A stretch of DNA of 64,000 bases, from the IMG/VR virus record IMGVR_UViG_3300031088_000782, positions 107,383-171,382 of that record, one strand, 5' to 3'. A model generated the notes under the pieces. The model did no database searches. It had not been told where the DNA came from and was given only the letters and a program-made list of their open reading frames with translations. Within the stretch, counting starts at the first letter, position 1. Every line of letters begins with the position of its first letter. This document shows positions 42,203 through 51,418 of this stretch, in pieces. The translations under genes and the position numbers were made by a program. The DNA comes from a virus.

Positions 42203-42246
42203 GCAAACTTAGTGAGAGGCTAAGGAAATAGATGCAAATTCTTTAT

Positions 42247-42321
42247 GGGGGTATGGCGCAATCTGGTTAGCGCATTTCGCTGATAACGAAAAGGTTCCTG
42301 GTTCAAATCCAGGTGCCCCTA
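42247..42321 (+). tRNA. tRNA-Ile(GAT)
   Basis: ctGATaa. Confidence 0.92.
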
Positions 42322-42352
42322 CGAAACAAAGCTTCGCAACTTTGTTTAAATA

Positions 42353-42530
42353 TTGGCTAAATGGTGTACAACATTTAGTTCAAACTATCAAAATAGACAG
42401 ATCATCTATAAATGGTAGAATAAGTTTTGACATTCCAGGAGTCAGGCGGTTGCAGGTTCGAGTCCTGTCAGTTAGCACACAAGTTAATTGTAACTCAATA
42501 GGTTAGAGTTCCTGATGAATGGTTTGTTTA
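42353..42530 (+). ncRNA. Permuted tRNA-module ncRNA, paralog A
   Basis: 5' TTGGCTAAA..TTTAGTTCAA hairpin, long stem, T arm 42452-42468, closed acceptor, D arm. Confidence 0.65.
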
Positions 42531-42538
42531 GAACTTTT

Positions 42539-42612
42539 GGCTTGCTATCCCAATTGGTAGAGGAAACGGATTCAAAACCCGTTCAGTCTGAGTTCGAGTC
42601 TCAGGTAAGCTA
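42539..42612 (+). tRNA. tRNA-Leu(CAA) with short variable loop
   Basis: ttCAAaa, A73, no variable arm. Confidence 0.75.
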
Positions 42613-42614
42613 CT

Positions 42615-42786
42615 TTGGCTAAACACGGTACCATGTTTAGTTCAACCCATTGGTCTAGAACAATGGAAGATAGTTATTATTAGATAATTGATTTTAGAGA
42701 TCTGGGTTCAAGTCCCGGTGGCTCCCGCATGGGGGTTATGGAATAATTGGGAAATTCGCTTCATGAAATATTTGATAATAATTATT
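42615..42786 (+). ncRNA. Permuted tRNA-module ncRNA, paralog B
   Basis: Same 5' hairpin, long stem, T arm 42702-42718, acceptor hairpin TGGCTCCC-gcat-GGGGGTTA, D arm. Confidence 0.65.
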
Positions 42787-42787
42787 A

Positions 42788-42861
42788 CAGGGCATAGGAT
42801 AACTTGGCATTCCGTCTGGTTTGGGTCCAGAAGATTAGGGGTTCAAATCCCCTTGCCCTGA
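42788..42861 (+). tRNA. tRNA-Pro(TGG)
   Basis: ttTGGgt. Confidence 0.9.
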
Positions 42862-42965
42862 CGAAATTTTTTTGGAATTTTTTTAAAATCCTTGTATTTT
42901 AGGGATTTTTGAACGATCTTTTTGATAAAACAATTGTAAGAAGATTTATCGAAAAGGATTAAAAA

Positions 42966-44039
42966 ATGAAAAGTGAAATTGATTTTTCTTGGCAAGATTT
43001 AAGTGATGAAGAATTTATAAATCATTCTAAAAATTTTACTTCTAAAGAAAAATTTGCTCAATCCTATGGTTACAAGAAATTGAGCAAAAAACTCAATAAA
43101 AGATTTAAAAAACTTGGAATTGATTATAAAAAGATTATTGAACCTATCTCAAAAGAAGAGTTTAAAAAGATTACTGAAGAATCGAAGTCTATTACAGAAG
43201 TGATAGATAAAATGATAGATAATACTTCAAGCCGTAGAGCATACTATAATTTTGTTAAAAAATTGTCGAGAGATTATAATATTCCTTTGCCAAAATTTAA
43301 TTACACTGAATCTGCGCGTAGGGCGTTTAAAACAGTAACGATTCCCGATGAAGAATATTTTGCTAAAAACACTCTTCGACAAGGACCAGCGACACGAAGA
43401 CGTCTTATTAGAATGGGCTGGGAATATAAATGCTCTATCCCCGAATGTTTTCTTTCGCAAGATGTAGAAATTGTTGGAGAACAAGTTTTTTGGGTTGGAC
43501 AATTATTAACCTTACAGGTAGATCATATTGATGGTGATCATTTAAATAATGAGTTGTCTAATTTGAGATTTCTTTGTCCAAATTGTCATTCAGCTTCTTC
43601 TACTTATGCCGGAAGAAATAAAGTTTTCAACAATTCTTCTAAAAAGACAGAGAAAACTAATTCGTTAAATGGAAAGATAAAGTATAAGAAGAAGCCTGAC
43701 AATCTTTGCGAATGTGGAACAAAAATTTCAAGAAAAAGTAATTCTTGTATAAAATGCGAAGCTTCTAATAGAACAGGTGTATATAAGACAGATTATCCTC
43801 CACTTTCTGAAATGATTGCTAAAATTAAAGAATTAGGATATAGTGCTTATGCTAAGGAATTGGGTGTTTCTGATAATGGTATTCGGAAACATTTAAGAAG
43901 AAATAATATAAATCCTTTGCCTAAGAAAATTCATGTTTTTATTGTTAAAACTTGTATTGATTGTAATAATGAGATAAGTAACAAAACTGCTGTTCGTTGT
44001 CCTAAATGTGCTGTTGATTTCAGGTATTATAGACAATGA
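42966..44039 (+). CDS. HNH endonuclease with Zn fingers/HTH
   Basis: LQVDHIDGDHLNNELSNLRFLCPNCHS. Confidence 0.9.
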   Translation: MKSEIDFSWQDLSDEEFINHSKNFTSKEKFAQSYGYKKLSKKLNKRFKKLGIDYKKIIEPISKEEFKKITEESKSITEVIDKMIDNTSSRRAYYNFVKKLSRDYNIPLPKFNYTESARRAFKTVTIPDEEYFAKNTLRQGPATRRRLIRMGWEYKCSIPECFLSQDVEIVGEQVFWVGQLLTLQVDHIDGDHLNNELSNLRFLCPNCHSASSTYAGRNKVFNNSSKKTEKTNSLNGKIKYKKKPDNLCECGTKISRKSNSCIKCEASNRTGVYKTDYPPLSEMIAKIKELGYSAYAKELGVSDNGIRKHLRRNNINPLPKKIHVFIVKTCIDCNNEISNKTAVRCPKCAVDFRYYRQ

Positions 44040-44043
44040 TTAT

Positions 44044-44117
44044 TCCCCGGTGCTATGCTGGCATTGGCGACTGAGCTTTGGACTCAGGAGGCGTAGGTTC
44101 GATTCCTACTCGGGGAG
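44044..44117 (+). tRNA. tRNA-Gln(TTG), atypical D arm
   Basis: ctTTGga. Confidence 0.78.
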
Positions 44118-44171
44118 CGTTATAAAAATGATCAACAAGTTTTAAAAAATTTTTATAATAAATAATTTTAC

Positions 44172-44256
44172 GCGCATGTGATGAAATTGGTAAACATGAC
44201 GGTCTAAGAAGCCGTTGCTCGTAAAGAGTTTGGAGGTTCAAGTCCTCTCATGCGCA
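44172..44256 (+). tRNA. tRNA-Leu(AAG)
   Basis: acggt-ctAAGaa-gccgt, variable arm, A73. Confidence 0.9.
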
Positions 44257-44299
44257 CAAAATATTCTTGAAATATTTCATTAATATTTTTAAAATTTTT

Positions 44300-44450
44300 A
44301 AACAATCAGTGGCGAAATATATTGGGATACGCGGCTGTTTAGTAGCCTAAGTTTTTATAAATATGGCGAAACACGGCTATACGGTGAAACTTGCTGGGAA
44401 ACTTTCAAGTGGCACTTATGTGTGTAGGTTCGAGTCCTACCTGATTGTTT
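44300..44450 (+). ncRNA. Oversized tRNA-like RNA 1
   Basis: 10-bp terminal stem, D arm, expanded anticodon and variable arms, canonical T arm. Confidence 0.6.
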
Positions 44451-44524
44451 AATTGTTCCACAATGAACTTGACAAATAGTTGAATATGTTATATAATTAT
44501 TTGTATAAGTTTGAATAAAACTTT

Positions 44525-44547
44525 TGTTGTTTGAAATTTGAATAGTG
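44525..44547 (+). promoter_or_regulatory. rrn boxA-like antitermination element
   Basis: TGTTGTTTGAAATTTGAATAGTG just downstream of a TTGACA..TATAAT promoter. Confidence 0.6.
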
Positions 44548-44677
44548 AAAAGTTTAGCATACCGGAATGATTGGTCCTGATAAATATTGTTACATGTAGT
44601 TAGTTTGTATAATATTTATGGAAAGTGTAACAAATCCGAAGGGTAGGTTGGGAAACCTTTATGCGCACATCCCATTA

Positions 44678-44750
44678 GGCTCTGTAGCTCAGTTGGGAGA
44701 GCATTCGATTGAAGATCGAAGGGTCAGCGGTTCAATCCCGCTCGGAGCCA
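44678..44750 (+). tRNA. tRNA-Phe(GAA)
   Basis: ttGAAga. Confidence 0.92.
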
Positions 44751-44786
44751 CTTATACGCCTTTATAAGCGTATAAACATAAGATAT

Positions 44787-44861
44787 GGACCTATGGAGCA
44801 GTCTGGAGTGCTCGTTGCCCTGTCACGGCAAAGGTCGCGGGTTCAAGTCCCGTTAGGTCCG
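44787..44861 (+). tRNA. tRNA-Asp(GTC)
   Basis: ctGTCac. Confidence 0.93.
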
Positions 44862-44916
44862 CTGTGTTTAGTAGTTCGAAACGCTGAATACAAATGTTGA
44901 TATATCACATTTATGC

Positions 44917-44992
44917 GGCTGTATAGCATAGCCTGGTCTAATGCGCCTTGCTCATAACGAGGAGATCGTTGGTTCGAATCCAACTACAGCTA
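44917..44992 (+). tRNA. tRNA-Met/Ile2(CAT)
   Basis: ctCATaa. Confidence 0.85.
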
Positions 44993-45050
44993 CAAAAAAT
45001 ATTTAAAAGTTTTGAATATTTTTGATACAATAATTTTATTAATAAATTAT

Positions 45051-45121
45051 TGCCCCATAGTGTAATGGCAACACCACGGTTTTTGGTACCGTTATTCTAG
45101 GTTCGAGTCCTAGTGGGGCAG
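45051..45121 (+). tRNA. tRNA-Gln(TTG)
   Basis: ttTTGgt. Confidence 0.92.
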
Positions 45122-45290
45122 CTTGTTGAAAACAAACATACTTGTCAGTTGAAACACTAACTACAGACTGACAACTTACACTGTGTGGTGACAGTTGGTA
45201 AGTTAATTCTATTTAATCGTAAATCGAAAATAGACGTTAATAGGAATGGGATGTTTCTATGCGATTGAGTGCGTTAAACTTAATCACATT

Positions 45291-45363
45291 GCCACCTTAG
45301 CTCATCTGGTAGAGCAGCTGTCTTGTAAACAGCAGGTGATCGGTTCGAGTCCGATAGGTGGCT
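45291..45363 (+). tRNA. tRNA-Thr(TGT)
   Basis: ctTGTaa. Confidence 0.93.
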
Positions 45364-45582
45364 CTTAAATAGGTCAAATTGCCTTTTGGTAATGAGATTT
45401 TTTAAAATATTCTAAGTAAAGAAAATATTGATGAACTATTCTGAATTACGTAATAAGTTTAGTTCTGATATATGAGTATTTATATGAATTCTGTTGTAGC
45501 ATAAATACTAATGCGCTGTTGAAAGGGTATTCAAGTGAAAATCTTGACAACAGATGAAAAAAGGGTTTGCGAAAGCTTCTCC

Positions 45583-45656
45583 TACTGTGTAGTTTAATGG
45601 CAAAACACTAGGCTCTTAAAGCTTAGCATATAAGGTTCGAATCCTAATCACAGTTG
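45583..45656 (+). tRNA. Atypical tRNA (enlarged anticodon arm; CTT or TTA register)
   Basis: ctaggc-tcttaaa-gcttag, imperfect T stem. Confidence 0.5.
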
Positions 45657-45663
45657 AAAATAT

Positions 45664-45735
45664 GCCTCTCTAGCTCAGAGGAAGAGCAACGGTCTTTTAA
45701 ACCGTGGGTCGAGATTTCGAAATTCTCGGGAGGCA
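45664..45735 (+). tRNA. tRNA-Lys(TTT)
   Basis: Near-identical to 38022. Confidence 0.88.
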
Positions 45736-46006
45736 CTTTAATTCATAAATTTTTAGCTAATATTTGTGAATTTTGATGTAGATAGTTGATGACTATTGGC
45801 ATGAGTGAAAAGGTTGTTCATTATGGAACATTTTGAACGCGGTTCGAGTCCGATTAAGCTCAACACCTAATAACTGGTCTGATTTAATCACGGATAATCT
45901 TGGATTAAGCTAACTACAATGGAAACATGAGAATGGTAGGATAGCGATGGTAGGTTCAATTCCTACTGGCTTAATGATTAGATGAAAAACTATTTTCGCT
46001 TTTAAT

Positions 46007-46079
46007 GCCACCTTAGCTCAGTCGGCAGAGCAGCTGTTTAGTAATCAGCAGGTCATCAGTTCAATTCTGATAGGTGGCT
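46007..46079 (+). tRNA. tRNA-Thr(AGT)
   Basis: ttAGTaa, Thr-type acceptor GCCACCT. Confidence 0.88.
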
Positions 46080-46160
46080 CTTGTGGATAAATTCATCAAC
46101 TATTTTTTTGATAATCTATTCATAAATTGTAAAACATTATGGATAAAGGAGGATAGAAAT

Positions 46161-46712
46161 ATGAGTATTGATTTTATAAGTGGAAATGTGAATTTAGAAG
46201 AAAAATATTTTAAAAATTATTCTACAAGCGAAGATACTTATTATGTAATTACAAAAATCCTTTCTTTGAATAATGATGTTAAACTACCTCATCCTGTTAG
46301 CAAAAATGAAGATAACTATGCTTATACTTTGTCATATCATTACAATGACAAAAAATCTATTCAAGGATTAGTTCGACATGACCCTGATTTAGTTGTATTT
46401 GAGTATACCTCTTATGTATCTGTAACAGATCCTAAACTATGGACTGATTTCACAGTAACAGGACATGATGTTCTTGTTTCTTTACCTTTCAGAAGTTTGG
46501 ACGATATTTCACAATTTATTATCCAAAATGTTCAACAAGAAAAAACTTTGGATAATCTTATTGGAAATTTTTATGATCATATCAATTCAGTAGAAGTTTT
46601 TGATGGATTGTATTCACGAACATTTTTACCTACTGATAATACACGTCAACTACTTAGAGAAAATGGAACAGTTAGTGAAGTTTCTCATTCTTTTGCTGAA
46701 AAAATAAAGTAA
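46161..46712 (+). CDS. Hypothetical protein
   Basis: AAGGAGG RBS before ATG 46161. Confidence 0.7.
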   Translation: MSIDFISGNVNLEEKYFKNYSTSEDTYYVITKILSLNNDVKLPHPVSKNEDNYAYTLSYHYNDKKSIQGLVRHDPDLVVFEYTSYVSVTDPKLWTDFTVTGHDVLVSLPFRSLDDISQFIIQNVQQEKTLDNLIGNFYDHINSVEVFDGLYSRTFLPTDNTRQLLRENGTVSEVSHSFAEKIK

Positions 46713-46965
46713 TTTTGTTGAAAGATTGGATAAAAATTATGAAAAAAATATTTGTCTTTATCAATGGATGAAATTGTATCATATGATGATGTTATTGAAG
46801 ATTATAATTTTTCAAAAGAAAATGATTATATTGGCTCTTTAGAAGATTTTATTAATGATGAATATGAAGAAGTAGGGGATTAAATTTACCTATATTTAGT
46901 AATCTTTCATTCTAAATTTGATAAAATAACAAAAGGGTATTTTATTATTTGAAAGAATTATTGAT

Positions 46966-47805
46966 ATGAAAATTGACACAACTAGATATGGTTATATTTA
47001 TCGCATAACAAACTTATTAGACGGAAAGACCTATATTGGAAAACATAAGATTAAGAAAAATGAAGAGTTTTTTGACTATATGGGATCAGGAAGATTAATT
47101 TGTTATGCGATAAATAAATATGGAATAGAAAATTTTAAGAAAGAAATTATTTGCTATACAGATTTAGATGATTCTTTATCTATTTTAGAGTATAAATATA
47201 TTGATATTGAACTTTCAAATAATAAGTCAGAATATAATATACAAAGAAGCGAAAGTTCTTTAAAAACTGTTCTTGAAAACCTTGATTTTTCTGATGAAGA
47301 TTTATTAAAATGGTACTTTGAAGATGAAATGTCATACAATGATATAGCAATAAAACTTAATTGTTCTATTCCTACTATATATAATTATATGGAAAAGTTT
47401 AGACAAATTGATGAAAGATTTAAGAATATTAAACATGGTGATAATAGGGGAAAATCTACTTGGTCTCCAGAAGCAGCTCAAAAAGGACTTAGTATTTCTA
47501 ATAGAAAAATTAAATGTGAAAATTGTTCTAGACAAATAAGTTTTGCAAATTATTCTAGACATTTAAAAGCATGTTTGAATGGAACGAGCCAACATGAATG
47601 TTATTATAATAATTGCGAACAATTAATAGGATCAAAAAGCAAATTATGTAAAAAACATTTTTTAGAATCATTAAAAAATAATGATATTAACAATTCTAAA
47701 AATTTTGGCGACAGTGTTAAACAAGGTGGAATTACAGCATCTCATAATAGATGGCATGTTAAAAGAAATATAGTTAGTGATAAATGTTCTTTATGTAAAA
47801 GTTGA
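46966..47805 (+). CDS. GIY-YIG homing endonuclease (Seg-like)
   Basis: YGYIYRITNLLDGKTYIGKH, YMGSG, YGIENF, EYN. Confidence 0.88.
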   Translation: MKIDTTRYGYIYRITNLLDGKTYIGKHKIKKNEEFFDYMGSGRLICYAINKYGIENFKKEIICYTDLDDSLSILEYKYIDIELSNNKSEYNIQRSESSLKTVLENLDFSDEDLLKWYFEDEMSYNDIAIKLNCSIPTIYNYMEKFRQIDERFKNIKHGDNRGKSTWSPEAAQKGLSISNRKIKCENCSRQISFANYSRHLKACLNGTSQHECYYNNCEQLIGSKSKLCKKHFLESLKNNDINNSKNFGDSVKQGGITASHNRWHVKRNIVSDKCSLCKS

Positions 47806-47950
47806 CAACTGAATATTGATTATGATATAATTAATTTGTTGTTAAAAAATGAATAAAATAAAATTTTGTTAAAGATTTTAATTATTGTCATAAATAAAGT
47901 TGCATAAGCGATTTAAGTGTGATATAGTTTAAATTGTAAAACAAAAGCAA

Positions 47951-48027
47951 GCCTCTGTAGCTCAGTTTGGTTTCAGAGCATCCGGCTCTTAACCGGAGGG
48001 TCGTGGGTTCGAATCCCACCGGGGGCA
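47951..48027 (+). tRNA. tRNA-Lys(CTT)
   Basis: ctCTTaa. Confidence 0.93.
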
Positions 48028-48144
48028 CTTTATTAAATTAAGAAATTTAATAAAAGTTACGAAATGATTTGACAAGTTTGAAAAAATTTGTTAAGATTGT
48101 CAAAGTAACACAGCGGATTGAAAAATTAATAGTGGAACATATAT

Positions 48145-48224
48145 GGCGGGTTCGCATAGCGGCAATTGCGGCTGACTGTAAATCAGCTCCTTCGGGTTCG
48201 TGGGTTCGAGTCCCTCACTCGCCA
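48145..48224 (+). tRNA. tRNA-Tyr(GTA)
   Basis: ctGTAaa. Confidence 0.9.
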
Positions 48225-48272
48225 CAAGGTTCGTTAGATGAAAAACACCAGCATTGTCAAAATCTAACATTT

Positions 48273-48345
48273 TCTCTTATAGCTCAATTGGCAGAGCATT
48301 CGACTGTTAATCGAATGGTTCCTGGTTCGAGTCCAGGTGGGAGAG
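48273..48345 (+). tRNA. tRNA-Asn(GTT)
   Basis: ctGTTaa. Confidence 0.93.
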
Positions 48346-49028
48346 CTTGAATATTTGTTTGACTGGAGTGATAAAACCAAAAGGTTAAGGCAGATAAAAT
48401 ATTCAAAGGTTAATGAAATATTTGAAACTTTTATGAAATGGTTATTCAATAAAGTTCCTAAAATGGATAAAACTATTAGGGTTCGATTCCCTTTCTCAAC
48501 GTTTAACCAACAACGAGGCTGGTGCTAGTTTGAAGAAAATATTTTATTAATTTTTTCCTGAGACAGCATTGGAAACCAAAAGGCTTTGCGCAAGTCTGGC
48601 GGATTGGGTTCGAAACCCAACTAGGAAGCTGGAGTAAGTCACACGGCTAGTGACAGCTATAGACCGTATGGATATAGTCAAGATCGCAACTTGAGAGGTT
48701 CGACTCCTCGCTCCTTATTTTTAAAAACATTTTCGCAAGATAGATAAATTTCTCGTATCGGCAAAATATGTAAGTAATCAACATTGAGTCTCGAATGAAA
48801 ATGAGCGGAAACTTTTCAACCTACAATCGAACAAAAGGTTGATGGAGATTGTTAGTTTAATTGAAAAACAGTTCTTTAATGATTTGGCAAAAGTCACTTT
48901 ATTAAAGAAAAGACGAGAATATCATAATTTCTCACAATTACGGTTCTTGAAAAAGAATTAAAAATATTTGCGAAACAATTTGACATTGAGAAAATTTTTT
49001 GGTAAGATTATTGTTGTAACAAGGAAAT

Positions 49029-49100
49029 GCCCCTCTAGCTCAGAGGCAGAGCAACGGTCTTTTAAACCGTGGGTCGAGATTTCGAAATTCTCGGGGGGCA
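49029..49100 (+). tRNA. tRNA-Lys(TTT)
   Basis: Identical to 38022-38093. Confidence 0.88.
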
Positions 49101-49169
49101 CAAGTATTCTACAATTTGACAAACAATTGTGAAATATGGTAGAATATGATTAAAGAAAAGTTAATATAT

Positions 49170-49251
49170 GCCCTTGTGGTGGAATTGGTAGACACGCTTG
49201 ACTCAAAATCAAGTTTCGCAAGAAGTGTGGGTTCAAGTCCCACCGGGGGCA
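49170..49251 (+). tRNA. tRNA-Leu(CAA)
   Basis: ctCAAaa, variable arm. Confidence 0.93.
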
Positions 49252-49371
49252 CCGTTCTTTTGTGGTGACGAATGGAAGTTTTAAGAAAGTGCAAAATTTT
49301 TAAAACACACTACACGAACCAAAATTCTTTTCAAAGGAATTGCACTCTTGCGATTATGAATGTTTGGATAT

Positions 49372-49444
49372 TCCTCCGTAGCTCAGTTGGCAGAGCATTC
49401 GACTGTTAATCGAAGGGTCGCTGGTTCAAGCCCAGCCGGGGGAG
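49372..49444 (+). tRNA. tRNA-Asn(GTT)
   Basis: ctGTTaa. Confidence 0.93.
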
Positions 49445-49639
49445 CGCAATATTTTATCAAATATTTCAGAAAATTATTTGATAAAATATTACAATAAGAG
49501 ACAAAAGTTCCTTTCACCATTAGGAACTTTTGGTTCAGATACGAAAAATCTGAATTAATGGAATGGTGATCAATATGGACTAACCACCATATTTAAAATC
49601 TTTGCTAATGACTTTGGTTAAGATATTAGCAAAGAACAT

Positions 49640-49712
49640 GCGCCTATAGCTCAGTTGGTAGAGCGCCTTCTTTACGCGGAGGATGTCAAAGGTTCGATTC
49701 CTTTTGGGCGCA
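49640..49712 (+). tRNA. tRNA-Val(TAC)
   Basis: ttTACgc. Confidence 0.9.
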
Positions 49713-49864
49713 CAACTTGAAAGTGAGTTCGATACTCACCGTATGGATAATAACCCACCATACGAATAAGGATATTGAGTAGAGTTTACTTGTGGTAACG
49801 GTTCGATTCCGTTGTAATAGTCTGGGTGGCTTTATCATAAATGGTATGAACATGAGTAATTTTG

Positions 49865-49937
49865 TTTGCTGTAACTCAGTTGGCAGAGTGCCCGGTTGAA
49901 AATCGGGAAGTCAATGGTTCGATTCCATTCAGCAACG
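49865..49937 (+). tRNA. tRNA with GAA anticodon (Phe), atypical acceptor end
   Basis: ttGAAaa; U1:C72 mismatch, G73. Confidence 0.7.
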
Positions 49938-50102
49938 CTTTTGCGACAAAATTACACAAACTGAAAATTTGGTAATCGTTCTGGCTTGCTTTCACGCAGG
50001 TTCAGAACTTGGCAAAACGGGCTGTGACCGCCTAGAATGATTTATGTATGGGATTATTCATTAATCATTAAAAAGTTCGCTTATGAATCCCCATAGGCGT
50101 TT

Positions 50103-50173
50103 GCAAGTGTAGTTTATTGGTAAAACACCTGCGCTCCAGCAGGAAAAGTAAGTTCGATTCTTACCGCTTTGCT
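50103..50173 (+). tRNA. Atypical Gly-like tRNA with 6-nt anticodon loop
   Basis: cctgc-gctcca-gcagg; bulged acceptor. Confidence 0.5.
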
Positions 50174-50375
50174 CTTATAGTCTGAAACACACTATAATCC
50201 ACAAGTGTTTAAAAATTTGAAGAAAGTTCGCCACTTGAAGCGAAATGAGCTATCCGTCATAAAGGTAGCAACCAGCAAACGGTTTTCAAATTATTCAAAG
50301 TTTGTAGTAACAGCTTGGATAAACTGTTGCGGAATCTTTTGTAGCATTAGATTTACTAAACAAATGCTACTGTAA

Positions 50376-50448
50376 GTGGTAGTGGCCTAATTGGTAAGGC
50401 ATCTCGTTGCCAACGAGAGGATTGCGGGTTCAAGTCCCGTCTGCCGCA
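50376..50448 (+). tRNA. tRNA-Gly(GCC)
   Basis: ttGCCaa; A73. Confidence 0.85.
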
Positions 50449-50487
50449 CAAAACAGTGAAGTAGAGACATCTATGTTTCTGTTTTAG

Positions 50488-50664
50488 AATAAATTGAAGA
50501 ATAGTGATCCATGTTGGTAGAGATAGGGCACTAATGACCTAAGTTTTGTATAAGATGTTATTCAAAATATGGCGTGAATGTCCTAAAAGATGTAAAATAA
50601 AATGAAAAGATTATGGATGCAGTCTTATACACGCAGGTTCGATTCCTGTTATTCTTTAATTATT
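50488..50664 (+). ncRNA. Oversized tRNA-like RNA 2
   Basis: Long terminal stem, D-like arm, expanded centre, canonical T arm GCAGG-TTCGATT-CCTGT. Confidence 0.55.
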
Positions 50665-50666
50665 TT

Positions 50667-50751
50667 GGAAGTGTGGCTGAGCGGCTTAAGGCACTCGCTT
50701 GGAAAGCGAGCATAGGTAACACTATCGCAGGTTCAAATCCTGTCACTTCCG
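50667..50751 (+). tRNA. tRNA-Ser(GGA)
   Basis: ttGGAaa. Confidence 0.93.
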
Positions 50752-50801
50752 CGTTTATGAATATTTAAAATAATATTATTGAATATTTTCATAAATAATA
50801 T

Positions 50802-50875
50802 GGGGATGTTGCATAATGGTAGTGCCTCTGCCTTCCAAGCAGACGGTGCGGGTTCGATTCCCGTCATCCCCTCCA
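50802..50875 (+). tRNA. tRNA-Gly(TCC) with encoded CCA
   Basis: ctTCCaa. Confidence 0.92.
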
Positions 50876-51024
50876 GGGACGCGTGAACATTAAATTAAGT
50901 CCAAGTTGCGATGGATACTGGTTTAGTGCTGTTACACTAATATTTTAGACCGCTAATCTAAAATTCGAAATTCAGGACAGAAATGTTGCTGATACTTGGG
51001 ATTCGATACCCAAGCGTTCCACCA
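50876..51024 (+). ncRNA. Minimal tmRNA-like RNA
   Basis: GGGACGC/GCGTTCC-ACCA with G3:U70, T arm, no D stem, internal 10-codon ORF. Confidence 0.55.
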
Positions 51025-51086
51025 ATTTAAAACAATGAAATAATATTGTTAAAATTCTTGTTCATACATTTTACAAGAACAAATAT

Positions 51087-51159
51087 GGGGGTTTAGCTCA
51101 TCCGGTAGAGCATCTGCTTTGCAAGCAGAAGGTGAGGGGTTCAAGTCCCCTAACCTCCA
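51087..51159 (+). tRNA. tRNA-Ala(TGC)
   Basis: ttTGCaa, G3:U70. Confidence 0.93.
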
Positions 51160-51160
51160 C

Positions 51161-51235
51161 AGCTGTGTAGAGAAGTTCGGTTATCTCGTCAGGTTCATAT
51201 CCTGAAGATCGTGGGTTCAAATCCCACTCTAACCA
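51161..51235 (+). pseudogene. tRNA-Met(CAT) copy with broken acceptor stem
   Basis: Body identical to 39660 but acceptor AGCTGTG/TCTAACC mispaired. Confidence 0.65.
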
Positions 51236-51418
51236 CGATTGTCAAAAAATATTGAAAAATAATTTGACAATAATTATTAATTATGCTAAGATTAACTTGT
51301 TAAATCAAATTGAGGACTTATCAAGAAGATAACGAGATTATAGATTTGACAAGCGTTAAAAAATAGTTTATAATTAATAATATAAAGCGGTTTGGAAACT
51401 TAATAGTGGAAAATATAT

